A DNA stretch of 33,362 nt from an uncultured Thermoprotei archaeon (lineage in GTDB: Archaea; Thermoproteota; Thermoprotei; Thermofilales; B15-G2). The position numbers and the translations under genes were made by a program. Under the pieces are notes generated by a model. It ran no database searches. It was not told the DNA's origin and was given only the letters and a program-made list of their open reading frames with translations. Location of the stretch: assembly GCA_965367815.1 (NCBI GenBank), contig CBDUKN010000026.1, forward strand, positions 1 to 33,362, in the 5' to 3' direction. Shown piece after piece: positions 18,692-28,616 of this stretch (position 1 is the first letter of the stretch; the number at the start of each line of letters is the position of its first letter).

Positions 18692-19462
18692 ATGATGGAG
18701 GAAGAGCCTGAAGTTGTTGTTTTTAAGCATGGAGAAGACTTCGTAGATTTTCTTAAATCTACGATAGCTAGAGAGATGACTATAGTTGTTCTTGGGCTGT
18801 GTAGTGTGAATTACAGGGGGCGTGCTCAGTCTAAGCTAGGTGAAGGTATTCATGTAGTACTAGTGAAGTCTGATGGCGCTGTCCTTGTTCACGGGCCCGA
18901 GGGATACGAACCAATAAACTACCAGCCTAAGACTACTAGTCTGTCGGTGTTTAGGAACGGAGAAAAAGTAGTGTTGAGAGCTGTTAGAAGTCGACCTTAT
19001 GAAGAGCTTAAAATAGTTTTTACGAAGATTTATAGTGCTGTCGCCTTTAAGACGCACTTTAAACCCGAGTTCATTATGTACGGTAAAGAAGAAGACTTGA
19101 GAAGAGCTGTCATCAGAAATCCTGCTTTAATCGAGGAAGGACTCAAGGTTGTTGAAATAGAGAGAAAAGTGAGGCCGGGATTCATTGACTTGCTTTGTGT
19201 CGACAAAGAGGGAAGGCTTGTTGTGATAGAGTTTAAGCGAGAAGAAGCAAGTATTAGTGCCGTTAGGCAGCTCTATGAGTATGTTAAGGCACTGAGCAAT
19301 GAATTGGGGCGGCCTGTCAGAGGCATATTGGCGTCGCCCAGAATTTCTAAAGATGCCAAGTCTCTTTTAGCTACTTTAGGTCTTGAGTATAAGCGGCTTG
19401 ATTTACGGAAGTGTATGAAATATATGGCTGAGACAGGATTGGAGAAGTTTATTAAGCAGTAA
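18692..19462 (+). CDS. nucS: Mismatch-specific endonuclease NucS/EndoMS
   Basis: CSVNYRGRA, KSDGAVLVH, PINYQP, EEDL, GFIDLL...VIEFKR, QLYEY. Confidence 0.95.
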   Translation: MMEEEPEVVVFKHGEDFVDFLKSTIAREMTIVVLGLCSVNYRGRAQSKLGEGIHVVLVKSDGAVLVHGPEGYEPINYQPKTTSLSVFRNGEKVVLRAVRSRPYEELKIVFTKIYSAVAFKTHFKPEFIMYGKEEDLRRAVIRNPALIEEGLKVVEIERKVRPGFIDLLCVDKEGRLVVIEFKREEASISAVRQLYEYVKALSNELGRPVRGILASPRISKDAKSLLATLGLEYKRLDLRKCMKYMAETGLEKFIKQ

Positions 19463-19476
19463 GGTAAAGATACTAC

Positions 19477-20121
19477 ATGACGCGCCTTCAAGTGGCTTTG
19501 GATCTCACTTCTCTCGAGGAGGCTATACGTGTAGCTCGTCTTTCGGCTGAAGCAGGTGTCCATATTTTAGAAGCAGGGACTCCTCTGATTAAATCGGAGG
19601 GTATTCGTGCTGTAAAGAAGTTGAAAGAGCTGTTTCCGGATAAAATTGTGTGTGCTGACATGAAGACTATGGATGCTGGACGGCTTGAAGCAGAGCTAGC
19701 TGTGAACGCTGGCGCCGATATAGTAACTGTGATGGCTCTTGCCGCCGACGAAACAATAGAGGAAGTTTGCGACGCTGCACATAGTGCTGGAGCAAAAGTT
19801 ATGGTCGATTTAATGAATGCATCAGATATACTAGGGAGAGCAGAGCAGATACGTAGACTTGGAGCAGACTACTTATGTCTACATGTTGGAGTAGATGTAC
19901 AGAAGAAGAGGAGGATTACTGCAGAGGACTTGGCTAAAGAAGTAAAATCTCTAGTAGACTCTGGGTTTAAAGTAGCTGTAGCAGGAGGTATTAACAAGGA
20001 GACCGCTAGAATATACTCTGAGCTGAACGTGGAGATAGTTATTGTGGGTAAAGCCATAGTAGCTTCTCCTGATCCCGCGAAGGCTACTAGAGAAATACTT
20101 GAGGCACTGCTCCACCGTTAA
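19477..20121 (+). CDS. hps: 3-hexulose-6-phosphate synthase (OMPDC/HUMPS family)
   Basis: LQVALD, EAGTPLIKSEG, ADMKTMDAG, HVGVDVQ, VAGGI. Confidence 0.88.
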   Translation: MTRLQVALDLTSLEEAIRVARLSAEAGVHILEAGTPLIKSEGIRAVKKLKELFPDKIVCADMKTMDAGRLEAELAVNAGADIVTVMALAADETIEEVCDAAHSAGAKVMVDLMNASDILGRAEQIRRLGADYLCLHVGVDVQKKRRITAEDLAKEVKSLVDSGFKVAVAGGINKETARIYSELNVEIVIVGKAIVASPDPAKATREILEALLHR

Positions 20122-20230
20122 CGGCTACACAGGTTACTGTTTTCTGCTGCATTTATCGAGTTAGAGTAGGGTATATAAGCTTGGGTATGTATTGTAGTGG
20201 AGATACTTACTCTGCCCACGGGAAGTGTAT

Positions 20231-22567
20231 ATGAAGAAAAGTGACTTGAAGAAGATTATTACTAGCATTATTCAAGGCAAGAAGCTCAAACACAGGAGAA
20301 TGCTAGTGCTGAGTGGAGATAACGACGATAAAATTGTCGGCATATGTGCTAAGGTAGTAAAGGCGTATACAGATGTAGTTAAGAAATCGCCTAAGGTTCT
20401 TTACACATATCATGTTTTCTACGAGGACGGTATATATCGAAGAAACTTATTTAAAGACCATGTTGGCTCGCGCCTAGATGTAGACTATGTTCCTTACCAC
20501 GAAAGCCAGCAGGTTCTTGGAGCTACATACGATATAGCGGTACTAGACCTAATCAACGATCTTCGCCCAAATGACTTGGGTAGGCTAACAGGTATTGTCG
20601 CGGGCGGTGGTCTCCTCATACTGATGACTCCTCGCTTCGAGAAGTGGGATAAGATAGTTACTCGGTTTCAGGAAAACCTGCTTACTCCTCAGTATGGCGT
20701 CGATAAGCTCAGGCATATTTTTGTGCAGAGATTTATTCGCAAGCTTTTCGAGCACAAAGGTATAGCTATCTACGATGTCGATAAAGGCGAGTTTCTGAAA
20801 GAGCCATATATCTTATCTGAGCTGCCTGAGAGAAAGAAGCAGGAGCTTCTTTTTCCCGAAAAATCTCTTTTTCCATACAAGGTGTATTCTCTTGCACTTA
20901 CCCAAGACCAGGTTGAAGTACTCCGACTGCTTGAGCTTCTATACGAGAAGCCTAAGGGCAAGTTAGCTATAATTATTACTGCTGATAGAGGAAGAGGGAA
21001 GTCTTGTGCGCTTGGAATAGGCTTAGCTGCTTTAGCACATAAATTAAGGAGAAAAAAGGGAAGAGCTAGAATTCTAGTGACCGCTCCAAGTGAGACTAAT
21101 GTACAATCTCTCTTCGATTTAGCTCAAAAGACACTCGAGGTTCTTAAACACTCTGTGGAGGTAGAGAAGAAAGGAGGCTTTAAGGTTGCTTTAGAGGCTA
21201 AAGGCATAGACATAGAGTACTATAAGCCTCTCGACTGTATAGGCAGGTCAGCGGACATTATAGCGGTAGACGAGGCAGCAGGACTGCAAGTACCGATGCT
21301 TTACAGAATTCACAGAACTTTCAGTAGAGCAGTATTTTCATCAACTATTCACGGATATGAGGGAGCTGGAAGAGGATTCTCTGTAAGATTCTTGGGCGCA
21401 CTGAGAGAAGATCCTGAGACAACGATTTACGAGTATGAAATGCACGAACCAATAAGATACGCTGACAACGATCCTATTGAAATATGGTCTTTCGACACAC
21501 TTATGTTAGACGCTGAGCCCGCTAATTTAGACGAAAACGACTTAAAAGATATTGAAGAAGGCCGCGTTGTGTACTACAAACCCGATATAAGAGAATTCTT
21601 CCTTGAGCGCGAAGATGAAGCTAAACAGTTTATAGGAATATACATTATGGCGCATTACAGGAACAACTGCGATGACTTAGGAATGATAATGGATGCTCCT
21701 CATCACACTATAAGAGCGCTTAGAACTACTAGTGGCAAAATACTTACGGCTGTCGAGCTGGCTGAAGAAGGAAGTATTCCAGACCCTATGATTCCAGAGC
21801 TAATTAAAGGAGGGTGGATCGCCGGCAACATTATTCCCGATAGACTGCTCAAACACTACAAGCTCGTAGACTTCGCTAAAATGGTGGGCTGGCGCATTGT
21901 GCGTATAGCAACACATCCACAGGTCATGAGAAAAGGCCTTGGCTCAAAGGCTTTAGAAGAGATATGCAAAGAGGCTTTAGAGAGGAGCTACGACTGGGTA
22001 GGCGCGGGCTTTGGTGTAAACGAGCCCTTGCTGAGATTCTGGGTCAGGAACAACTTCATACCTGTACACATAAGCCCCGACAGAAACCCGGTAAGCGGAG
22101 AGTACACTGTAATAGTGATAAGACCTCTCTCAGAGAGAGCTAAAGCCCAAATAGACTTAGCTAACAGAGAATTCCGCTTAAAGCTCATCAACTCTCTATG
22201 TGAGCCTTACCACGACTTAGAGCCACGTATAGCCTTAATGCTACTTAAGAGCGGGAAAAAACCTGTCTTCGAAAATTATTCACCAAGACTAACTGGTATC
22301 CAAAAACACCGCATTAAAACATACGCCGAAGGCTATATGACTCTTGAAAACTGCATGGACTGTGCATTCGAAATAACAAAAACATACTTCTATAACTTCC
22401 CAGAAAACGTTCCGAAATTGACAGAAGACGAGGAACTAGTGTTAGTTACGCGTATTCTTCAGGCAAAAAGCTGGCGCCTTACATGTGAGGACTTAAAGAA
22501 GTCTCCTCCCTCAGTAATGACTAGTGTCAGAGACGCTGTACGTAAGCTTGTTGAGTACTATCTGTAG
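20231..22567 (+). CDS. tmcA: tRNA/RNA cytidine acetyltransferase TmcA/Nat10
   Basis: HRRMLVL, TADRGRGKS, VDEAA, STIHGYEGAGRGF, AHYRN, RIVRIATHP...GLGS. Confidence 0.96.
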   Translation: MKKSDLKKIITSIIQGKKLKHRRMLVLSGDNDDKIVGICAKVVKAYTDVVKKSPKVLYTYHVFYEDGIYRRNLFKDHVGSRLDVDYVPYHESQQVLGATYDIAVLDLINDLRPNDLGRLTGIVAGGGLLILMTPRFEKWDKIVTRFQENLLTPQYGVDKLRHIFVQRFIRKLFEHKGIAIYDVDKGEFLKEPYILSELPERKKQELLFPEKSLFPYKVYSLALTQDQVEVLRLLELLYEKPKGKLAIIITADRGRGKSCALGIGLAALAHKLRRKKGRARILVTAPSETNVQSLFDLAQKTLEVLKHSVEVEKKGGFKVALEAKGIDIEYYKPLDCIGRSADIIAVDEAAGLQVPMLYRIHRTFSRAVFSSTIHGYEGAGRGFSVRFLGALREDPETTIYEYEMHEPIRYADNDPIEIWSFDTLMLDAEPANLDENDLKDIEEGRVVYYKPDIREFFLEREDEAKQFIGIYIMAHYRNNCDDLGMIMDAPHHTIRALRTTSGKILTAVELAEEGSIPDPMIPELIKGGWIAGNIIPDRLLKHYKLVDFAKMVGWRIVRIATHPQVMRKGLGSKALEEICKEALERSYDWVGAGFGVNEPLLRFWVRNNFIPVHISPDRNPVSGEYTVIVIRPLSERAKAQIDLANREFRLKLINSLCEPYHDLEPRIALMLLKSGKKPVFENYSPRLTGIQKHRIKTYAEGYMTLENCMDCAFEITKTYFYNFPENVPKLTEDEELVLVTRILQAKSWRLTCEDLKKSPPSVMTSVRDAVRKLVEYYL

Positions 22568-22676
22568 CTTTCGTAAGAGAATTTCTGACAAGTTCTAAAG
22601 ATTCTTCGAGAAGCAGGTCTTCTAGCGCCTTTACAACAACTATCTCAGATTCGAAACTTCTCTTACGCCTCTTCAT
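22527..22676 (-). CDS. Possible 49-aa hypothetical protein downstream of srp19
   Basis: MKRRKRSFESEIVVVKALEDLLLEESLELVRNSLTK...; fills the gap but overlaps the tmcA 3' end by 41 nt. Confidence 0.25.
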   Translation of the reverse strand: MKRRKRSFESEIVVVKALEDLLLEESLELVRNSLTKATDSTQQAYVQRL

Positions 22677-22734
22677 CAGTAAGAAGTGAGCTTAACTTCC
22701 TCTTATTTTCTAGCTGAGAGTCCGCCGAAAGTAT

Positions 22735-23031
22735 TTACTTACTTTTCGACCTACTTTCTCTAATTTTAATACACAGTTTCTTGAGCAGCTCATATTTCTT
22801 GATACTATCCTTCTTTACTTTAACTCTACCCCCGCTGCTCCACCATGTCCGGGGATATTTTTTATCTAACTCTATTAAAGGCTCAATACCCATAGACTTA
22901 AGGGCTTTAGCTATTTCTTCTACTGTAGGCTTCTTGACGGCTAACGATAAAGGAACTTTTCTACCTTCGCTTCTACTTTTAGCTGAGTCTATGTACTCGG
23001 GCCATATGATAATATAGTCTTTTTCTTTCAA
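22735..23031 (-). CDS. srp19: Signal recognition particle protein SRP19
   Basis: IIWPEYIDSAKSRSEGRKVP, KKYPRTWW, GRV. Confidence 0.95.
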   Translation of the reverse strand: MKEKDYIIIWPEYIDSAKSRSEGRKVPLSLAVKKPTVEEIAKALKSMGIEPLIELDKKYPRTWWSSGGRVKVKKDSIKKYELLKKLCIKIRESRSKSK

Positions 23032-23040
23032 AATCTATCC

Positions 23041-23430
23041 CTATTCTTCGATTAAAACTGCATTAAGAACTCCGTCTTGGCCAGGTCTTGAGGTAACTAC
23101 GGCATTTCCTATTTCAGTGCTTATAAGACAGCCTTTAGTTATTATCTGCCTTCTGGCATACTGGCGGTTAGCGGGATTACTTACAACTCTTAAAACTCTG
23201 ACTTTCTGACACACTCCTTTGGAAGGTATAAAAACATTAGCATATGCGACCTTCTTTAGTCTAAGCTTAAAGTTACCTCCTCTTACCCTAATTTTCTTTA
23301 TCTCGTTCTTTTCACCGATAGTAGTTAATGTAGGCGGCCTGCCCATGCAGCATTTTCTCTTTACTTTACGGTGAGGCCTCTTAATTCCTCCTGTAGGCTT
23401 TCTTAAATCATTTCCTTGATAAATACCCAT
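23041..23430 (-). CDS. rps8e: 30S ribosomal protein S8e
   Basis: [35 protein letters not shown]. Confidence 0.98.
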   Translation of the reverse strand: MGIYQGNDLRKPTGGIKRPHRKVKRKCCMGRPPTLTTIGEKNEIKKIRVRGGNFKLRLKKVAYANVFIPSKGVCQKVRVLRVVSNPANRQYARRQIITKGCLISTEIGNAVVTSRPGQDGVLNAVLIEE

Positions 23431-23634
23431 GGCACCACCTCCGTTTGGGCGTATTCTCCTATATCTGACCCTTTAAATATTTTATGCGCTGCAGAAAGCT
23501 ACTTCAATATTACTGGAAGTAATACATATGTCCCACATATAGCTTCTACAGAATATACCAATAGTCGAAAAACACATCGACAGAAACTAATATTAGGGGC
23601 TTTTAGAAAATCTTATATATCTAGAGGGGGTCCG

Positions 23635-23889
23635 ATGAGGAAACTGGGCAAGGTTTTGAAAGTTTCGCTGGGCAAATACCTTTTAGTGAGAGCCGGTTTT
23701 GCCCCAAGAGAAGGAGCCCTCGTGTATGATAGGAGAATGAGGAAAATAGGCACAGTTTATGATGTAATAGGACCTGTAGCCCGTCCCTATGTAGTAGTTG
23801 TGCCTCAAATTCCTGATTTCGAGTCTTTGGTTTTTTCGGAAGTATATGTTAAGCCTCACGAGATGTTGAAGAGGAGGAGACGTAGGTGA
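23635..23889 (+). CDS. gar1: H/ACA RNP subunit Gar1/Naf1
   Basis: MRKLGKV...KIGTVYDVIGPVARPY; true start ATG 23635 after GAGGGGG (the track ORF from 23416 is over-extended); typical position before tfb. Confidence 0.88.
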   Translation: MRKLGKVLKVSLGKYLLVRAGFAPREGALVYDRRMRKIGTVYDVIGPVARPYVVVVPQIPDFESLVFSEVYVKPHEMLKRRRRR

Positions 23890-23893
23890 AATA

Positions 23894-24838
23894 ATGGTTG
23901 ATGGTGAAGAGGTCTGCTTGAATAGGGGAGAAGAAGAAATAGTCTGCCCGTATTGCGGGAGTAGGAAAATAGTTAGAGACTATGAAAGAGCTGAAATAAC
24001 TTGTGCCGTATGTGGAATGGTTATAGCAGACCACCTTATAGATCAGGGGCCCGAGTGGAGGGCCTTTAATGAAGAGCAGAGAGCTAAACGTGCGAGGACA
24101 GGTTCTCCGATTAGCATTCTTAAACCTGATAAAGGCCTTACAACAGATATTGACTGGAGGAATAAAGATAGTAGCGGAAGGTCTCTTGACTTAAATAGGC
24201 GTATTCAGGCTCTCCGCTTTAGATTATGGCAGCAGAGAATAAGAGCGAAAGATTCTCTTGAGAGAAACCTTCAGCAGGCTTTAAACGAGATAAAGAGATT
24301 GGGCTCTAACATGAATATCCCGCCGAGTGTCCAGGAGACAGCCGCAATAATCTATAGGAGAGCGCTTGAAAAAGGCTATATTAGAGGCCGCTCTATCGAC
24401 AGCATGGCTGCTGCATGCCTATATATAGCTGTGAGAATACACGGCCTGCCCAGAAGTCTAGATGAAATAGCATCAGAGTCTCGTGCAAATAAGAAGGAAA
24501 TAGGTAGAAGCTACAGACTGCTAGTGAAAACAGATATAGTTAAAGTACCTCCAATCACTATAGAGAACTATATCCCGACACTTATAAGAAAACTAAGACT
24601 TCCATCTGAGATAGGCCGTAAGGCGACTGAAATACTGAAAGTAGCTACTTCTGCTGGCCTCACTAGCGGAAAAGGACCTAAAGGCCTCGCCGCAGCCGCC
24701 GTATATTTAGCCAGCGTTATGCTTAACTGCAAGAAGACTCAGAGAGAAATAGCTCAAGCTGCCGGAGTGACTGAAGTAACTATAAGGAACAGGTTTAAGG
24801 AACTTATGGAGAAATTAGAATTTACTCTGAAAGTCTAA
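23894..24838 (+). CDS. tfb: Transcription initiation factor B
   Basis: Zn ribbon CPYC...CAVC, GPEWRAF B-reader, two cyclin repeats, GVTEVTIRNR. Confidence 0.98.
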   Translation: MVDGEEVCLNRGEEEIVCPYCGSRKIVRDYERAEITCAVCGMVIADHLIDQGPEWRAFNEEQRAKRARTGSPISILKPDKGLTTDIDWRNKDSSGRSLDLNRRIQALRFRLWQQRIRAKDSLERNLQQALNEIKRLGSNMNIPPSVQETAAIIYRRALEKGYIRGRSIDSMAAACLYIAVRIHGLPRSLDEIASESRANKKEIGRSYRLLVKTDIVKVPPITIENYIPTLIRKLRLPSEIGRKATEILKVATSAGLTSGKGPKGLAAAAVYLASVMLNCKKTQREIAQAAGVTEVTIRNRFKELMEKLEFTLKV

Positions 24839-24839
24839 T

Positions 24840-25235
24840 ATGAGCACAGATCTAGACCCCATTGAAAAAGAAATACTAGATTACCTAAACAGGTTAGGGG
24901 ATAAAGGCATAACTCAAGATGAGCTAGCACCAGCTCTCAAAATAGATAAGAGAACGTGCTCTCGAGCTTTACTTAAATTGGAGAAAAGAGGCTTAATTGA
25001 GAGGAAAAGGGTAACAGTTAAAGGAAAAAGAACTTTCATAGTTAAATCCGCTATGCTTGAGAAAAAGCTTTTAGAGCTTTACAATATTGTGAGAGACATC
25101 CCGTGTTTTCGATGCCCATATCTTTTCTCATGTGCAGAGGGAGGAGACCCGTCTCCTGAAAAATGTAGAATATTATCATCTTTTCTGAAGGGTGTTAAAA
25201 GTGAGTCAGCGAATCAGATCATTTATAGCTGTTGA
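24840..25235 (+). CDS. TFE-beta / archaeal Rpc34 homologue (wHTH + Fe-S cluster domain)
   Basis: GITQDEL...SRALLKLEKRGLIER winged helix; PCFRCPYLFSC...PSPEKC cysteine cluster; immediately after tfb. Confidence 0.8.
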   Translation: MSTDLDPIEKEILDYLNRLGDKGITQDELAPALKIDKRTCSRALLKLEKRGLIERKRVTVKGKRTFIVKSAMLEKKLLELYNIVRDIPCFRCPYLFSCAEGGDPSPEKCRILSSFLKGVKSESANQIIYSC

Positions 25236-25770
25236 CATAGACGACCCGATACTCGTAGACAAAATAACGCGAATACAGTCTTCAATAGCAGAGTCAGGTA
25301 CTCGACTAAAACTCGTTGGAAAAGAAAACTTTCATATAACGCTGAGATTTTTAGGAGAAATACCGCAGTCTTTAGTATATAGAGTAATCGACGCATTAAA
25401 GAAAATATCATTCAATAGTTTTTACATAGAGCTCAAGGGCGTTGGAGCATTTCCTTCAATTGCCCGGCCGAGAGTTGTATGGATTGGCGTAAACAAAGGC
25501 TTCGAGGAGCTAAAGAAAATACACGACGCAGTTGAAAAGGAGCTCTCAAGGATAGGTTTTCCTAAAGATAAAGAAGACTTCGTAGCCCATTTAACAATAG
25601 CTAGAGTTAAGGGAACATATAATTTAAGTAAACTTTCAGCTATACTGCGAAAACTTCAGGATATCGAAATCGGTGAGTTTAAAGTAACCTCCATTAGACT
25701 CAAGAAAAGTACATTAACGCCCAGAGGTCCTATATATTCGACTCTCTATGAACAACGAGCTTTACAGTAG
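25201..25770 (+). CDS. thpR: RNA 2',3'-cyclic phosphodiesterase (2'-5' RNA ligase, 2H family)
   Basis: RSFIAVD, HITLRFLGE and HLTIAR 2H motifs, STLTPRGPIY. Confidence 0.95.
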   Translation: MSQRIRSFIAVDIDDPILVDKITRIQSSIAESGTRLKLVGKENFHITLRFLGEIPQSLVYRVIDALKKISFNSFYIELKGVGAFPSIARPRVVWIGVNKGFEELKKIHDAVEKELSRIGFPKDKEDFVAHLTIARVKGTYNLSKLSAILRKLQDIEIGEFKVTSIRLKKSTLTPRGPIYSTLYEQRALQ

Positions 25771-27187
25771 TTTACTTGAATCTATTTTACTTGAAATAAA
25801 GCCGTCGAAAAGCGACTATGAGAGAGTAAGAGAAGTCTGCAGAAAATTTACTACAGCTATTGAGAAAAAACTTGCTGAAAAGGGAGTAAAGGACGCTGAG
25901 CCGCGTGTAGAGGGATCTATTGCAAAAGATACGTGGCTAAAAGACGATAAAGATATTGACATTTTTATTTTATTCCCTAAGACTTATGATAGAGAATTTG
26001 TAAAAAAAGTAGGCTATGAAGTAGCCAAAGAAGCTGCCTTAGAGGTCGCCGGCATGTATTCTGAAGAATATGCCGAGCACCCTTATGTTTCTACAAACTA
26101 CGAGGGCTTTAAGGTAGAGATAGTACCTGGCTACAAAATCTCTTTTGGAGAAAAAGTTTTGACAGCTGTTGATAGAACTCCACTGCACACAGCCTATGTT
26201 AACAGTAAACTGTCTCCTGTGCAAAAAGACCAAGTAAGACTTCTTAAAAAATTTCTTAAAGGAATAGGAGTATACGGTGCTGAAATAAAAGTTAGAGGAT
26301 TCTCAGGTTACTTAACTGAATTACTTATAGCTTATTATGGAGATTTTTTAAGCGTTCTTAAAGCTTCACAGACATGGAAGCCCTTTAAGACAGTAATAGA
26401 CGTAGAGAGTAAGTTAAGCAGTGAAGAAAAAGTAAAGGCAATTAAGAAATATAAAACTCCCTTAATAGTCATCGACCCTGTAGATCCTAATCGAAACGTT
26501 GCTTCAGCCTTATCAATAGATTCTTTTGCCGAGTTTAGATATGCTGCATACATGTTTTTGATTAAACCCTCTCGAAAATTCTTTTTCGGAGATGGTATCA
26601 ACGTCTCAGTAAGCGAGTTAGCTAACCTCATTGAATCTAGAGAAAGCAGCATTATAGGCGTAGAGACTGATTGTCCTCAAGTACCTGAAGATATTCTTTG
26701 GGGAGAACTATATAAGTCTCTCAAGAGAATAAAGAATCTCCTCTTAAGCTTTGATTTCAATGTTATTGGCCACAATGTATGGTGTAACGGCGAAAGAGTA
26801 GTTTTCGTTTTAGAGCTAGAAAGAGACACAATTACGTCAGTGAAAAAACATGAGGGCCCGCCTGTGGGCTCTGCAAACGAGATAGACTTTCTACTTAAAC
26901 ATTTGAATAATCCAAGAGACTTTTCTTTACCATTCTCTGAGAACGGCAAATGGTATGTTTATATGAGGAGAAAATACACTAGAGCTCATGATTTACTCAG
27001 AGATAGGTTACTTAATTGCGGTCTGAGTAAAGATGTTCGAGAAGCTATATCAAAGAATCTCCATATTTTAAACAAAACTGAGTTACTTGAGAGAGCTAAA
27101 AAGAACAGAGACTTTAGAATTTTTCTGTTTAAGTGGCTAACCAAGTACAGGCCATGGGTATATGATAGTAGAGGTGAGTGCAAATAA
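25748..27187 (+). CDS. cca: Archaeal class I CCA-adding enzyme
   Basis: EGSIAKDTWL...DIDIF, YAEHPY, AVDRTPLH, GFSGYLTELL, DPVDPNRN. Confidence 0.97.
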   Translation: MNNELYSSLLESILLEIKPSKSDYERVREVCRKFTTAIEKKLAEKGVKDAEPRVEGSIAKDTWLKDDKDIDIFILFPKTYDREFVKKVGYEVAKEAALEVAGMYSEEYAEHPYVSTNYEGFKVEIVPGYKISFGEKVLTAVDRTPLHTAYVNSKLSPVQKDQVRLLKKFLKGIGVYGAEIKVRGFSGYLTELLIAYYGDFLSVLKASQTWKPFKTVIDVESKLSSEEKVKAIKKYKTPLIVIDPVDPNRNVASALSIDSFAEFRYAAYMFLIKPSRKFFFGDGINVSVSELANLIESRESSIIGVETDCPQVPEDILWGELYKSLKRIKNLLLSFDFNVIGHNVWCNGERVVFVLELERDTITSVKKHEGPPVGSANEIDFLLKHLNNPRDFSLPFSENGKWYVYMRRKYTRAHDLLRDRLLNCGLSKDVREAISKNLHILNKTELLERAKKNRDFRIFLFKWLTKYRPWVYDSRGECK

Positions 27188-27923
27188 CATTGACCTCGAG
27201 GAAATAATTTGCTATCCTAAGCACCTCAGCTCTCCCTCTATATTCAGGCAAAGAATACGAGAGCTACTCAAATTGGGTGTACGTAAAGTTTTTCTTAGTG
27301 GAAGAACGCAGATAGGTAGATTTCGCGTGCTTGGCAAGGGCTGCACGTCTATAGTAGTTTTAGCTATATACAAAAACAGGCTACATACACTTAAGATAAG
27401 ACGCCTTGATGCAAATAGACCTAATATGGTGAAAGAAGCAGAGAACCTTAAACTCGTCAATGCTCTGAATATAGGACCAACTCTCATAAATTTTTCAGAA
27501 AACTATATTTTGCTCGAATTTATAAACGGACTTGAGATACTCCAATGGAGTAAGATATGTACATCACCCAATATTTTCAAGAAAGTTCTAAGTAGTCTTC
27601 TCAAGCAGTGTTTTATTCTAGATAGACATGGTATCTATCACGCCGAGCTATCTAATCTTAAAGACCACGTAATCATATGTTCTAAAACCAATCGTCCAGT
27701 AATAATAGACTTCGAGACGGTGAGCCTTAATTCTAAAAGAAAAACTCTTCCAGCAGTAGTACAAAACTTCGTGTTAAAAAACTGGTTTTTGAGGAGTAAA
27801 TACGAGGAAATGGTAGGCAGAGCTAATAAGAGCTTATTAATAGAGAAGCTTAGAGAGTACAAAAAAGACCCTTTGAGTACTTTCGCTGAATTGTATAGAC
27901 TCCTACTTCATCCAGATACCTAA
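27162..27923 (+). CDS. Archaeal RIO-like Ser/Thr protein kinase (COG2112-like)
   Basis: LGKGCTSIV, LKIRR, HAELS, IIDFE; typical position after cca. Confidence 0.85.
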   Translation: MIVEVSANNIDLEEIICYPKHLSSPSIFRQRIRELLKLGVRKVFLSGRTQIGRFRVLGKGCTSIVVLAIYKNRLHTLKIRRLDANRPNMVKEAENLKLVNALNIGPTLINFSENYILLEFINGLEILQWSKICTSPNIFKKVLSSLLKQCFILDRHGIYHAELSNLKDHVIICSKTNRPVIIDFETVSLNSKRKTLPAVVQNFVLKNWFLRSKYEEMVGRANKSLLIEKLREYKKDPLSTFAELYRLLLHPDT

Positions 27924-27996
27924 GCCAAACTCCCGCGCCTTTATTTGTTTAGCAAAAGGAATATATCTACCGGATAGTTGGTTGGAAAGGAAGATT

Positions 27997-28422
27997 ATGG
28001 TTAAGGTAGACGGCTATCAGATTCCAGACGACTACTATGTGTGGAAGAAAACTCATACTTGGGCGAAAATCGAGGGAGATCTCGTTAAAGTAGGTCTAAC
28101 AGACGTTGGAGCTAAAGCTGCGGGAAAAATCATACTCATTCGTATTCGCCCGAAAGGAACTAAAGTAGCTCAAGGCAAACCTATAGCTGTTGCCGAAAGC
28201 GCAAAATGGGTAGGCAAAATAGAGTCGCCTGTTTCAGGTGAAATAGTCGAAGTGAACGAAGAAGTAGCTAAAAACCCTGGTTTAATTTCAGAAGACCCTT
28301 ACGGAAAAGGATGGATTGTAGTCATTAAGCCAAGTAATCTTAAAGAAGACCTCAAAAAATTAATCAAGGGGTCGGAGGCAGCTGAATGGTATAAGGAAGA
28401 AATAGAAAGACTGCTGGGATGA
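27997..28422 (+). CDS. gcvH: GcvH-family lipoyl carrier protein (LbpA-like sequence features)
   Basis: HTWAK, VGLTD, lipoyl-lysine ESAKW, SPVSGEIVEVN, DPYGKGW. Confidence 0.85.
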   Translation: MVKVDGYQIPDDYYVWKKTHTWAKIEGDLVKVGLTDVGAKAAGKIILIRIRPKGTKVAQGKPIAVAESAKWVGKIESPVSGEIVEVNEEVAKNPGLISEDPYGKGWIVVIKPSNLKEDLKKLIKGSEAAEWYKEEIERLLG

Positions 28423-28425
28423 GCT

Positions 28426-28557
28426 ATGAGGATCCGGTACGTGTGCCTAGATTGTAAGAAAAAGAAGCGAGGAGGATACTTCAGCGTCAAGGAAGAGATT
28501 GCTGAAGTTAAGTGCCCTTACTGCGGAAGCAATAGAGTCAAGAAACTTGGACCCTAG
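28426..28557 (+). CDS. Small zinc-ribbon protein (43 aa), not in the ORF track
   Basis: MRIRYVCLDC...VKCPYCGSNRVKKLGP*; starts 3 nt after the gcvH stop. Confidence 0.75.
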   Translation: MRIRYVCLDCKKKKRGGYFSVKEEIAEVKCPYCGSNRVKKLGP

Positions 28558-28616
28558 CTAAAATTTAAATAACACTGTATTCTTTCTACCAAAGAGTCTC
28601 CAGTCAGGTGACTACA

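Noticed and set aside
23416-23634. N-terminal extension of Gar1, or SRP RNA in the rps8e-gar1 gap
   Set aside because: Overlaps the rps8e start and is AT-rich divergent promoter DNA without the GC-rich helices of SRP RNA; a good SD precedes ATG 23635
28426-28557. Calling the Zn ribbon rpo12/rpoP
   Set aside because: Lacks the conserved C-terminal basic tail and lies on the wrong side of rpl37ae; left unnamed
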